Shown here piece after piece: positions 52,757 through 64,000 of a stretch of 64,000 nucleotides of DNA. The stretch is from contig NW_026782667.1 of the NCBI RefSeq assembly GCF_031769215.1, positions 1 through 64,000 on the forward strand, written 5' to 3'. The notes below the pieces were generated by a model, which did not search any database, was not told the origin of the DNA, and worked only from the letters and a program-made list of their open reading frames with translations. The first letter of the stretch is position 1. Each line of letters begins with the position of its first letter. The stretch is from Ylistrum balloti (Eukaryota). A program made the position numbers and the translations under genes.

Positions 52757-53405
52757 GTGTACCCCTCTGACTCAGGAGTCGGCTGTCAGGTGTACCCCTC
52801 TGACTCAGGAGTTGGTTGTCAGGGGTACCCTTCTGACTCAGGAGTCGGCTATCAAGTGTACCCCTCTGACTCAGGAGTTGGTTGTCAGGTGTACCCCTCT
52901 GACATAGAAGTCAGCTGTCAGGGGTACCCCTCTGACTTGGAAGTCAGCTGTCAGGTGTTATCCTCTGACTCAGGAGTTGGTTGTCAGGTGTTATCCTCTG
53001 ACTCAGGAGTCGGTTGTAAGGTGTACCCCTCTGACTTGGAAGTCAGCTGTCAGGTGTACCCTTCTGACTCAGGAGTCGGTTGTCAAGTGTACCCCTCTGA
53101 CATGGAAGTCAGCTGTCAGGTGTTATCCTCTGACTCAGGAGTCGGTTGTCAGGTGTTATCCTCTGACTCAGGAGTCGGTTGTAAGGTGTACCCCTCTGAC
53201 TTGGAAGTCAGCTGTCAGGTGTACCCTTCTGACTCAGGAGTCGGTTGTCAAGTGTACCCCTCTGACATGGAAGTCAGCTGTCAGGTGTTATCCTCTGACT
53301 CAGGAGTCGGTTGTCAGGTGTACCCCTCTGACTTGGAATTCAGCTCTCAGGTGTACCCCTCTGACTCAGGAGTCAGCTGTTATGTGTTCCCCTTCCTGAC
53401 TCAGA
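52757..53405. repeat. 33-bp palindromic minisatellite, about 20 units, with a 165-bp pentameric higher-order repeat
   Basis: Unit GTGTACCCCTCTGACTCAGGAGTCGGCTGTCAG. Units 7-11 (52955-53119) are repeated as units 12-16 (53120-53284). Confidence 0.98.
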
Positions 53406-56400
53406 GTTTGTAGTTATGTGTAATGTTACCAAATTATACAGAAACAAGCTATTAATGCTACTACATATTTACAATTGATACATAGTTAATTTAGTGCTAC
53501 AAAAAAGCTAGGTAAGTATATGTAAATATATACTTATTGTATCATAACTCACATAGGTAATTAGGTGGTTAAAAAGTATCATTTACCTGTGTCATTGTGT
53601 TTTAAAATGGATAATAAGGTAGATGTTTGTAAACTGGGGATTCGTCACGATTGGGTGGATAGTGGGTACTTTGTTAGAGGCATCATATCACAGTCCAGAG
53701 GAAGTGATTCCAGTAGATGTACTCTGACTTTCTGATGCGGGACTGGAGCTTCTTTTATAGCTTTCATAAGTAATTTGTCTCTATATCTTATAAACAATCA
53801 TTATATAGTACTGACAAAATTTAGATTTAACAGAATAATCAGCAACATATCAAATGGTATCTTGTTGGTTCATTTCCAAAGGAAATAAATAAAAATTGAC
53901 TTGTTATTTTTCAGTGTTAAAGCTGAGCTCTCTGATTGGTCAGGTTATTGAGAAGTAACAGAAGTATTTACATTAGAAAAATATCGGACTATTTTCACTA
54001 TAAATCTATCTTAAATGAAGTCCTTGTCTCACTGAAAATTCCTCAGTGCTTTGAAAAAGTGCTTGCTTGCACGGATTGCTTTTTATGCCTGGAGGCCAAA
54101 GTTGAATGTCACTTTAACTAAAAACAAAGTTGGTTTCTACAAAATACTTATCTTGAGTTCTCTTCAGCCCATTCTATATTATTCATCCAGTGCTTCTTCC
54201 AAATTGCTTTTCAAGTCCAGAAGTCAAAGGTAAAGGTCACTGTTACTATAAATAGAACATTTTTCATGACTGTTATAAAGTCTGCTTTTGATTGCTGTTT
54301 CAAATGTTTGAATTTCAATTAACATCCATCCTACTATTTATAGAAACCTACTTTAGCATTTTCCTTTCCAAACTCAACTGCAGAAAAATAATATTTATGA
54401 TGATAGACATCCAGCACTCCTTGTGAAATCATGTAAATGTGCTTCATGTGATAAAACAGTTGTACAAACATAGGTATGGGATTAAATTTGTGGTTTTACA
54501 TGTCACAACTGACTTACCAAAACATGCATCAGAGGAACAAATATTACAATACTTATGATAAAGTCTGTTTCTATGTCTTTTGTTTAATCCGTTTCGATCA
54601 TTAATACAATTCTCCTATGAAATACGTGTCTATTCAGCAAAATGGATTTGATATATAATGAATACATTGATGGTTTATAATTGAAGTAAAACATTGAAAT
54701 AAGGAATTTAAAACAAAATATTGATGTTGAGCATCGCTCCGTTGTGTATGGTTAGATATAAAATATGTTGACTGGGAATGTGAGACAGCTGGTTAAAAAG
54801 TTGAAGTGAATGTTGGTAATGGTATGACACAAGGCTATGTACAGCATCCATGGGATGTTGATTCAGTGGCTACAGAGGGGAGGACAACTCTCAGTGGCAC
54901 CAGTCCTTCCCTCTGTTAGTCTATTCTCAGCACTGATTGGTTGAATTGGTTTGGATGGCCAACATCTGTAGTGAAGTGGTCTGTGGAACAATCTCCTGGC
55001 CCATTACTTTATGTGAAGATGTGATGCCATCTCCAGGCTAAGTCTAGGTATACACCTCTTGGCAATCCCCAACTTACAAAAGTGTAGTTCTGCTCAAATT
55101 GTGCATTATCGAAAACTGCCTTAACCAGCCCCCAAACAAAAAGCAGATGATATTACTCTTAAACATGTGTGACCGGGGCATCCATAATGGTCATAAAAAG
55201 CAAGCAAAATTGCCCAATCTTGCCATGGGAACTCAAAATCATGGCTCCCATCTAGGCTACACATCAAATATTTATATTGTTCAACTTTTTAAGAGTTGTT
55301 AAAGTACATACAGTGCAATGGTAGTTAGACTATTTAATTCATTCTCTTAAAAAATCTAAATTCATGGTATGTTTTACAGTAATACTTATGTACATAAAAA
55401 GTTGAATATAAGCAGGATTGTCTACCATTTGGGAGGAAACATGTTAGGTTGTGCATTTTCCTCATAATTTGGGACAAATGTAGGATTATTACTGCAAGCA
55501 GAAAAAACATCAATTGTAAATTAGATATTTGAGCAATTTTATAATTGGATACTGAGGAACCTGTTGTGATCAGCAAGCCTTAGATTCCTGCAAGGCCTAT
55601 TTAGTTCCTGGAAGGTCAGAGACAAATTTACTAAAAACACGGTAGTGAGGGTCGGTAGCGAGGGTGGCGACTCATGAGGAGATGGCAAGGTGATACATTT
55701 GATACATCAGGAAGTCCATTTACTTAGAGAAGATAACAACAGAAACCTGTCCGACCATTTCTAACATATGGTCACTTATGATAATGGGGAAGACTTACCA
55801 ATATCTGATCTGACCAGCACTACCTCTTCTGGCATCAACAGATTATTCTGGTGCTATCTCAAGGTCATAGTGAATCCTTCCCAATTTTTTATCATACTTG
55901 ATTTAAAGGCACTCTGTTATTTAAACTATTGCATTGAATTTTAGCCATTATTTCACCACTCATTGTTTAATCTTAGAAACAGGTACTGTTTATTTTACAG
56001 ATTTGGTCTGGTTTAAAAAATAAACCTAATAATGACGTATGTATTGTGTAATTACTCAAGGTCATCATCAGATCTATACCTGTCATGATATAGTATTCAC
56101 AGATTTATATAAAGATTAATCTCCCTTTGCAAGCTCTCCAATATGATAAAAGAATGATTTCTTTCCCTCCGCTCTTGCAGCAGATCAAGGCACACTTTTC
56201 TTCAAGAGAGGTTAGATTAAGCACCCATTATATAGTTACACCTGCAACCCCAACATCCGTTAACGCATGTCAGATGCATCCAATCATATTAGCAAAAAAT
56301 AACCAATAGCCAATTAAAAGCCCTCGGCCTGAAACCGAGAATTTCAGATCGCAAATGTTAGTTAGTTTATAGGCGTCCTTAATAGCCTGGTAGTAGTGTA

Positions 56401-58950
56401 TATGTAATCAGCGAGTTCAAGCTCCTCTCTCACTGAAGATAAACGACTGTGGATAACATGATTTGTTTTCTTTTTTTAGTGTTGACTGTTGATCACCTGG
56501 CTGTATTTAATGGTTTTGTACCATTTTTGAAATATACTATTTTGGAAGGCAAGTTTCTGTGTATGTTATGGGGTTGTACTTTTGGTATATTTGATATGTC
56601 ATCATTCTTAAAATGAAACCATGGGTTTTTTCACTCTTGAAGTTCAAGAGCACTGTATAAAGATGTAAAAAGGAATTAAAAAGTCATTTATTACACAGGT
56701 TACTTGCCAATGCAATCAGTTCTTGGTTGATACATTTGATAACTTTGTGGTTTACCTAAATTATAAAGAGTTGCTATCATAGTGTTAAAGAAAGATATCA
56801 TAATAAAAGTATTTCAACGATCACGATTACATATAAAATAATATACAGGTTCAGTTATCAGTAGTGGAATCTGTTTTAACTTGTGTACTTCTTAAAAAGT
56901 CCAAAACTCATAAAACAAAACTGCAGCTTTGCACTAGAGAATCCCAAATGTTAGTATCTAACAGTTTGTTACAGAAAATTAATTTTGTGTACCTAGTACA
57001 TAATATACTGGGATTATCGTACTTGACAAGAAGGAAGCAAGATGTTTTCATCATCTACAGAATTGCATTTTGGCATGTTAATGCTTTTTCTGAGTATGCA
57101 TATAAATACACTAAACATTTGAACATCATAGTTGTCAGTACTAATTCAGAATTACATGGCACCATAACACAAGCCTGCAGCCATTCATTACACATGACAA
57201 TCACACAGCAATGCACCATTTAGCCTTGTTTTAAAGTGTAAATTTAAATGAAAAAAGGTTTTGAATATTAAGGCTATTTCAAGGACTTTGTATGGCATCC
57301 TACTTATGGAGGTAAAATGTCAGCTACTTGACTTTCTGATGGCTGTTACTATGGCACTATTTGTACATCAGGAGCCATTCTACATTATCCTTACAAAACA
57401 ATATTTTAAAGAACCTCTTGCTGTAACATACAACAAAAATTGAGTTTGGCATTTTAAAAACAAAGGATCCCTTCAGTGAGGTCTGATTGTTTCTAGAAGT
57501 GGCTAATGGGAACATTTTTCAGGGAGTAATGAGTTTTTTTTTTATTTAATCTAGAGGAGAAGATAAAGTATTTGTCATAAAAGATCATTTTTGAATGCTC
57601 ATTAAATTCTCACACAAGTTATACACTGAAATAATATATCTGTTCTATGTATTTTTGTGATCATGACTGATGATTTTCCTCAGTACATGTTTTTCTCCAT
57701 TTATAAACCATTCTACATACAACAAGCAAAGTGAGAAAGGAATCACTTTCCAGTGTAAAATTGTGTGAATATTGGGAAATATCGGAATTCTTGAAAGATA
57801 ATAATAAGCAGAAATGTAAAACATTTCCTAAAACCTTCTGTTTTTTTCAAACTCTTCCAATTTATGTATAAATTAATGTTTATTTGATATTAAAGTCTGA
57901 CTGCTTTGTAAAAAGAAGATAAATTTCTGCAGAAAGAGAAATATGAACATATTATGTAATAACCACAAAACTCATCAATTCAGGAATTACATACGGTGTA
58001 CAAACAAGAGTGGCATGCATTCTTCCTTATGGCCTGCCTTGTAGGACATAACACATTTTCTTACAACATTCAATATCATGTACTTTGGTGAAATGTTCAT
58101 ACCATTAATAATAACACTAATTGTATCGTTTATCAGAAATGTTTCACTTTAGGTGGGGCTAGAGAATTCAATTTAGGACACGGGAATTTAACTTAACACA
58201 TCCAAATTATGATTGGCCTGGCTCAAAGTAGACAGATTTGATTGGTCGAAAGCAAGTCATAATATCTGTGGTAAATTTGTGTAAAAATAAAATCCTATTG
58301 AAAATAATTAAGTGTTTGGAAGGTAAGGAAACGGCAGCTGTGTTGGTGCAGACAGACGGAGTCTGGGACAGGCTTGGTATGTTTGGGGACTACATCGCTC
58401 ACAACTTGGCTTTCCTCTTTACATTCCAAAAATGTATACAATGTTTGGCCGATCAAGGAAATGGCTATCAGCTGCAAATGAAAATCTTGGCCAATAAACG
58501 TCAGCATTGCTACCGATGACTGTACTTCAATGACTGGATGAAAGTGATATACCATGAGCAACAATAGCATGCTCAACATAGCCAATTTGTTTAACATATA
58601 CCTGATACCAGTTCAATCTTTACAAATAACAATCATTTTCGTTACTGATGATCAATAGGTCATATCCTTATAAAACTCCAGTTATCTTGTAAACATCCCA
58701 CAAAAGATGCCAAAAGTGTTGTATATAAAGGAACAAGTGAAGATAGGGGCCAGATGTCAACCATCATGCACTGGGGCAGGAAGAGGCACTAATTATAACA
58801 CAGAGGACAAGGAGATGATGTTGGGTACAGATGTAATGGGAGGGTACAAAATGTATTTATGTGATTTGAGGAGGGTACATGTGTGGTTGAAGCCAAAACC
58901 AGAGTTATGCATTATCTTCCCACTGTAGACTCTTAAGTATATCATTGAAT

Positions 58951-59696
58951 TCTCCCTCTCTTCTGTAGGGGCACAATAAACCCTCCCTCTCTCTTGGCTG
59001 GTTGGTTGGCAAAAATGAACCCTCCCTCTCTTCTTACTGTAGAGGTGTAATGAACCCTCCCTCTCTTCTTACTGTAGAGGCACAATGAACCCTCCCTCTC
59101 TTCTTACTGTAGAGGCACAATGAACCCTCCCTCTCTTCTTACTGTAGAGGCTCAATGAACCCTCCCTCTCTTCAGACTAAAGGGGCACAATGAACCCTCC
59201 CTCTCTTCAGACTAAAGGGGCACAATGAACCCTCCCTCTCTTCAGACTAAAGGGGCAAAATGGGCCCTCCCTCTCTTCAGACTAAAGGGGCACAATGAAC
59301 CCTCCCTCTCTTCAGACTAAAGGGGCACAATGAACCCTCCCTCTCTTCAGACTAAAGGGGCAAAATGGGCCCTCCCTCTCTTCAGACTAAAGGGGCACAA
59401 TGAACCCTCCCTCTCTTCAGACTAAAGGGGCACAATGGGCCCTCCCACTCTTCAGACTAAAGGGGCACAATGAACCGTCCCTCTCTTCAGACTAAAGGGG
59501 CACAATGAACCCTCCCTCTCTTCAGACTAAAGGGGCACAATGAACCCTCCCTCTCTTCAGACTAAAGGGGCACAATGGGCCCTCCCTCTCTTCAGACTAA
59601 AGGGGCACAATGGTCCCTCCCTCTCTTCTTACTGTAGAGGCACAATGGGCCCTCCCTCTCTTCAGACTAAAGGGGCACAATGGGCCCTCCCTCTTC
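58951..59696. repeat. 35-bp minisatellite, about 21 copies, two variant types
   Basis: Unit AACCCTCCCTCTCTTCAGACTAAAGGGGCACAATG. The variant ...CTTCTTACTGTAGAGG... occurs at about 59016-59155 and once near 59620. Confidence 0.97.
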
Positions 59697-61000
59697 ATTA
59701 GATTTATTGGTATTATTAACCCTCCCAAGCTATTGGTTGTAGAGGCATGAGGAAAACTGCTTGTCATGTTTGTGGAATTAAATTGCCAGACATGACTTTA
59801 TTATGACAACAGGGCAACAAAAATATGAATAATAAAGAGCTTAATATAAGTTTGTAGACATATTTTTGGCAACAAAATGTTCTCATCTGAAAAATATGAC
59901 ATTCTTCAGTCAGACAGTGATGTAGCGAAGCTGTCACTTTCAACATGTGACATTAATAGGGAAGGGATCCCCAGATAGCATGATGACACAGTCATGCACA
60001 GAGTTTAGCTCAGCAGATAGATTCATGGTATTTGTTCAGTTATGGAATGATGTCAAGGGGATTCCATTTGGGCAATTTTGTTCGCTCTATTTCAACCTTT
60101 CCAGCTGGTTGTCTGGAATTCTTCATTATGAGATATAATATAGATATATAGCTGCAGTTGAATTGTCAGCAATTTCCTCACAACACCATGGTAGATATCG
60201 AGTTTTATTACATGTTTAACAACTTAATAAATGAAAAAATTCTTGACATGGTACAGAATTTCTGCAGATGGAGTATCTTTACCTTCTCTTGTACATCTAC
60301 GTGCATAGGCACAATCAGCATTTTGAAGTTTTGATAATATCATTGACAAGTGTTACAAGAAAAATCTGCTGTTGAATCACATCATGTGGTAATATTGTCG
60401 TTGACTAAAAAATATGCATCGTGGAATTTTAAAGACAGAATTTAAGAAATTGACAGTATTTGTTAAAGGGACAGACTCTGAAAGTGTCAGATTTCTAAAA
60501 GAGACCATTACTCATACATAAGATTCATTGGAAATGCTTGAATCTGTCATTTACAGAATGTCAGCCTTGCTGACACTTTCTATGTGTAATGATGAAGAGT
60601 ATCTCTACTGATGTGGGTTTGCGTTTGTAAGGTAACTTAGCAAACAACTCACACCTGGCATGTGTTCATAGACAGCAAATGCTACTGTATATTTCAAAAT
60701 GTATTAATTTATTTATGAAATAAACTCTATCACATTTTTAAGTAACAGAGAACTACCAAGACCACTAGAAAGACATTCAGTATAGTTTACCTGAAAGTAA
60801 AGAAGTTTACATACAAAAATTGACAACAGCTTTTCATCTCCGGAGTTTTGTGGTGCATTTTTTTTAACAGAGGGGGAAAAAAAGGAAAGAAAAAGAAAAA
60901 AGAAAGAAAATCTCACTTTATATTTTAACCTGAATAGCAAAAGAACAGTCATTTGATTTTACAGAATTTCAAATTCATATGAAATTGTTTACTGGGCTAA

Positions 61001-61351
61001 AAGAAATGATAGTATGGTTAACTTGACAGAAGGTTAAAAATAATGATAGTAAGGTTAGCTGGGCAGAAGGTTTAAGGAAATGATATTATGGTTAACTGGA
61101 CAGAGGGTTAAAAAATGATAGTATGGTTAGCTGGACACAAGGTTTTAAGAAATGATAGTATGGTTAACTTGACAGAAGGTTAAAAAATGATAGTATGGTT
61201 AGCTGGGCAGAAGGTTGTAAGAAATGATAGTATGGTTAGCTGGGCAAAAGGTTGTAAGAAATAATAGTATGGATAACTGGACAGAGGGTTGTAAGAAATG
61301 ATAATATGGTTAGCTGAGCACAAGGGTTGTAAGAAATGATAATGTGGTTAA
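61001..61351. repeat. About 36-37-bp minisatellite, 9-10 diverged copies
   Basis: Unit AAGAAATGATAGTATGGTTAGCTGGGCAGAAGGTTGT. Confidence 0.95.
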
Positions 61352-62305
61352 GTTCTCATGGCCAAATGAAAAATTGTGAAATATTTCAGCTGGAGCTTGG
61401 CAGCTCCAAAACTGTTTGCTTTGTGTATTGTGGGAGTAAGAACTGATTGATGATGGACAAGATCTGAAGCTGGAGAGCTGGGATCCTGATAAGACAGGCT
61501 CCAAGTAGCCAATCTTGTATACAAATTCAACTCGCCCAAATACTGATGATTGAAGGATAGAAATCCTTGCATTTTTACCCCAAATTTTTGTATAAAACAT
61601 CAAGATTTGTTTTCTGCTGGATTGATGATTATACATCAGCAAATTTATTTTATATGTTGGTGTTAAAGTGCCATAAATTTCTTCGTATCGAGCATTAAAG
61701 ATGGAAATTTCATATGTCTTAGAATATTAATAATAACATTGTTAATTGTATCATACTGTATATCACTTTTTTGCATATACCCAATTTTGACACATTTAGC
61801 AACCCTTTTAAAATCATACCAATTTAAAATCACAAAATCCCCATATTTTCCTCTTTTTATTATAAATGCACAAGTAATACATGTTACTGAAGACTGTTTA
61901 ACATGACCTGTTAGTTGGATCTCCAGTTGATGTATGAATAAACACTGGTATACATATACATGTGTGAACTATGTCCATTCTGAAGTGTGTAAAGTCATTA
62001 TGAGAGGCTTTTCAAATATCTGTAAAGACAAAATTGCAAAAAATGAAATTAGAAGATATTGGGAAAGGTTAATTTCTGGCAATTTTGCCAAAAATTGAAT
62101 TCTTGAGAAAATTTTATAAGCATCCTCAGTATTTGTGTATCATTTTAAAATATTTTTGGTTCTTGAGAACTTTTTTATAATTATCAATAGTTCTTCTGTA
62201 CATGTATATTATTGGTTGGTTGGTTAGTTCCTTACAGGATTTCATCTCCTTGACCTGACCTAACTTTAGGCATTGTCTCACCAATAGTTAATGATCTTGG
62301 GACGA

Positions 62306-62376
62306 CTTGTGTACCTTTTATAAGCATCATCAGTTCTTGTGTACCTTGCATAAGCATCACCACTTCTTGTGTACCT
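62306..62376. repeat. 30-bp tandem repeat, about 2.3 copies
   Basis: CTTGTGTACC starts at 62306, 62336 and 62366. Confidence 0.9.
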
Positions 62377-64000
62377 GTCATTATTGTTGTTCATGTATAT
62401 AATATTCTCTACATAACATTCTGAAACACCCACCTGATATTTTACCAAGCTACTGTTAGACATTTTCTGTTGTATCGTTCTATAGATTACTGTTTGCATC
62501 ACACATTCTCGTTGAGTCATAAAAATAGTTTCTTATGTTTAAAATTTAAAAATTGGAAAAGGAAAGTAAATCTAAGGTTGTGCAAACATATTAAATGTTT
62601 TCATTTTATAACTATTTGCACCTGTATTGTATCGATGATTGATTTTTTTAGGATATTTTTTGTCTGGTTTTGATACTCACTGATGACAAATATAGATTGA
62701 CCTGATGGTCTAAAGAGCTGTGAACAGATAGATAAATGCTGTTAGTCGTGTTGTGTGTAAATAGAACCAGACTGATCAGATGATGAATGAGAAATCAGTT
62801 TCATGCATCAGTAGACACAATCTGTATTTCAGTGTTGTATTATCCACTAATATGATAAAGGTTTGGATAAAATACATGGACTGTTGTGGGTTATATACAC
62901 AGTGGAGTCATAATTCCATCTGTATGGCTGCTGTCTGCTCATGGAACTGGTCATTTGGGGTCAGGGAAGGTCAGATAAGTAACCAGAAGGTTTGTTTATA
63001 GAGCAATAATAATCCCCATTTATTAATTATTGATGATGGACAAATTGCTCCAGCACTCCTATACTTATCTGTGGGCTGGTGTCTGTAGACTTTGATGTGG
63101 CTGCAGCTGCTGGTGGAGTGACCAGTGGTCATTTCCAGCTCCCTACAGTTAGTACTGGTGCAGCAGTGGAAAGTAGGAGTAATACAACATTAATCAGATA
63201 ACTAAGACCAGCAGCAGACAGCCGAGACAATCACCAAATCATCAACTTACTCTCCATTTCATTAGGTTATTTAATAATATGTACAGTGTTTGGTTACAAA
63301 TCAAAGCCAAAGTTGCAGCTGTTTTTGTTTTAAGGTCTGCTGCATATGTACATATCGCAGCTGATGGTCTTTATTGTGCAAAAAAAAACATTTACAAATT
63401 TACTGGTTTAGTTGAGGGTGACTTGGGACATGCTATAGGGTGTACATGAGGCTTGATGAGGCATAACAGAAACTGTGAGCTTTCATTTTCATGCTGTTTT
63501 CACAATTTACTCGCTGGTTTATGCATTTTGTGCTGGCACCATAATGGAAGTAATTTACAAGCGACCAAGTCATTAACTCAAGCTGTGTCTAAAATATAAA
63601 TTGTCCAACACTGAAAACTGTTGGGATTGACATCCAATATATGACCTTTTCATTTACTTAACACCAGGTATTAACGAATGTCTAATGAATTCCAGACAGT
63701 GAAGACAGGTCAAAGACATTGTTAAGTGTAGGAGATATTCATTGGAGTCTGACTGTGCTTGCCTCTATACATACCTTTGTTACAAGGATTTTACTGAAAA
63801 TCACTATTCATCCTGATGGAAGATAAGAAAGTAAATCTGTTTTGATTCTACTGCCACATTGCCATTAGTCAAATAAACGGGCAAGCTACATCATAGAGTT
63901 AGAGGTGGTGTGTTGGAGGTCGTACCCTAACCCAGAATACTCAACTTGTACTTGAGTTTTTTTACTGAGCAGATAATAAATACAAAAGAATTTTAGATTG

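Larger units (their letters stand above)
52662..64000 (+). other. Intron downstream of the Ig exon (at least 11.3 kb; next exon not seen)
   Basis: It starts GTAAGT. I checked phase-2 acceptors near 53915, 56480, 60965, 61388 and 62239; none gave the expected second Ig half (D-x-G-x-Y-x-C) and all hit stops. Confidence 0.6.

Noticed and set aside
52641-53413. ORFs of 88, 218 and 140 aa after the Ig exon
   Set aside because: They are products of the 33-bp array, lie beyond a perfect GTAAGT donor, and the 88-aa ORF that overlaps the exon is not in the Ig frame.
23930-61351. Jeffreys minisatellite core-like GGGCAGGA/GGGCAGAA in the 43-bp and 37-bp (61001) arrays, and CCTCCCT in the 35-bp array
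   Set aside because: These are 7-8-nt matches expected by chance across many arrays; CCTCCCT reflects a human PRDM9 allele with no established relevance here.

Overview
Eukaryotic (animal) genomic DNA: AT-rich, strongly CpG-depleted (3 CpG in the first 1,020 nt) and almost entirely non-coding. Repeat types and frequent TACATGTA words suggest a bivalve mollusc, probably a scallop (inference from recalled repeat sequences, not a search). Only one coding segment is supportable: a 136-bp internal exon (52526-52661, +) encoding the N-terminal half of an Ig domain, with canonical splice sites. The rest is probably giant-intron or intergenic DNA of that unidentified Ig-superfamily gene. About 7 kb (roughly 11%) consists of about 17 mostly unrelated tandem repeats (30-89 bp units). 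There is also a tRNA-derived SINE, a Helentron-associated (HINE/pearl-like) element carrying three ~160-bp satellite monomers, and decayed MITE/SINE/LINE-like remnants. All long ORFs in the supplied track are repeat artefacts or chance ORFs. I found no prokaryotic features, no CRISPR array and no intact RNA gene, and I cannot support a wholly new biological system. The most unusual signals are a palindromic 33-bp array just downstream of the exon (13 exact AP-1 TGACTCA motifs plus a compensatory base-pair change), higher-order structure in several arrays, two arrays apparently grown from one MITE family, and over-represented CAGGTR, RFX X-box and nuclear-receptor motifs.
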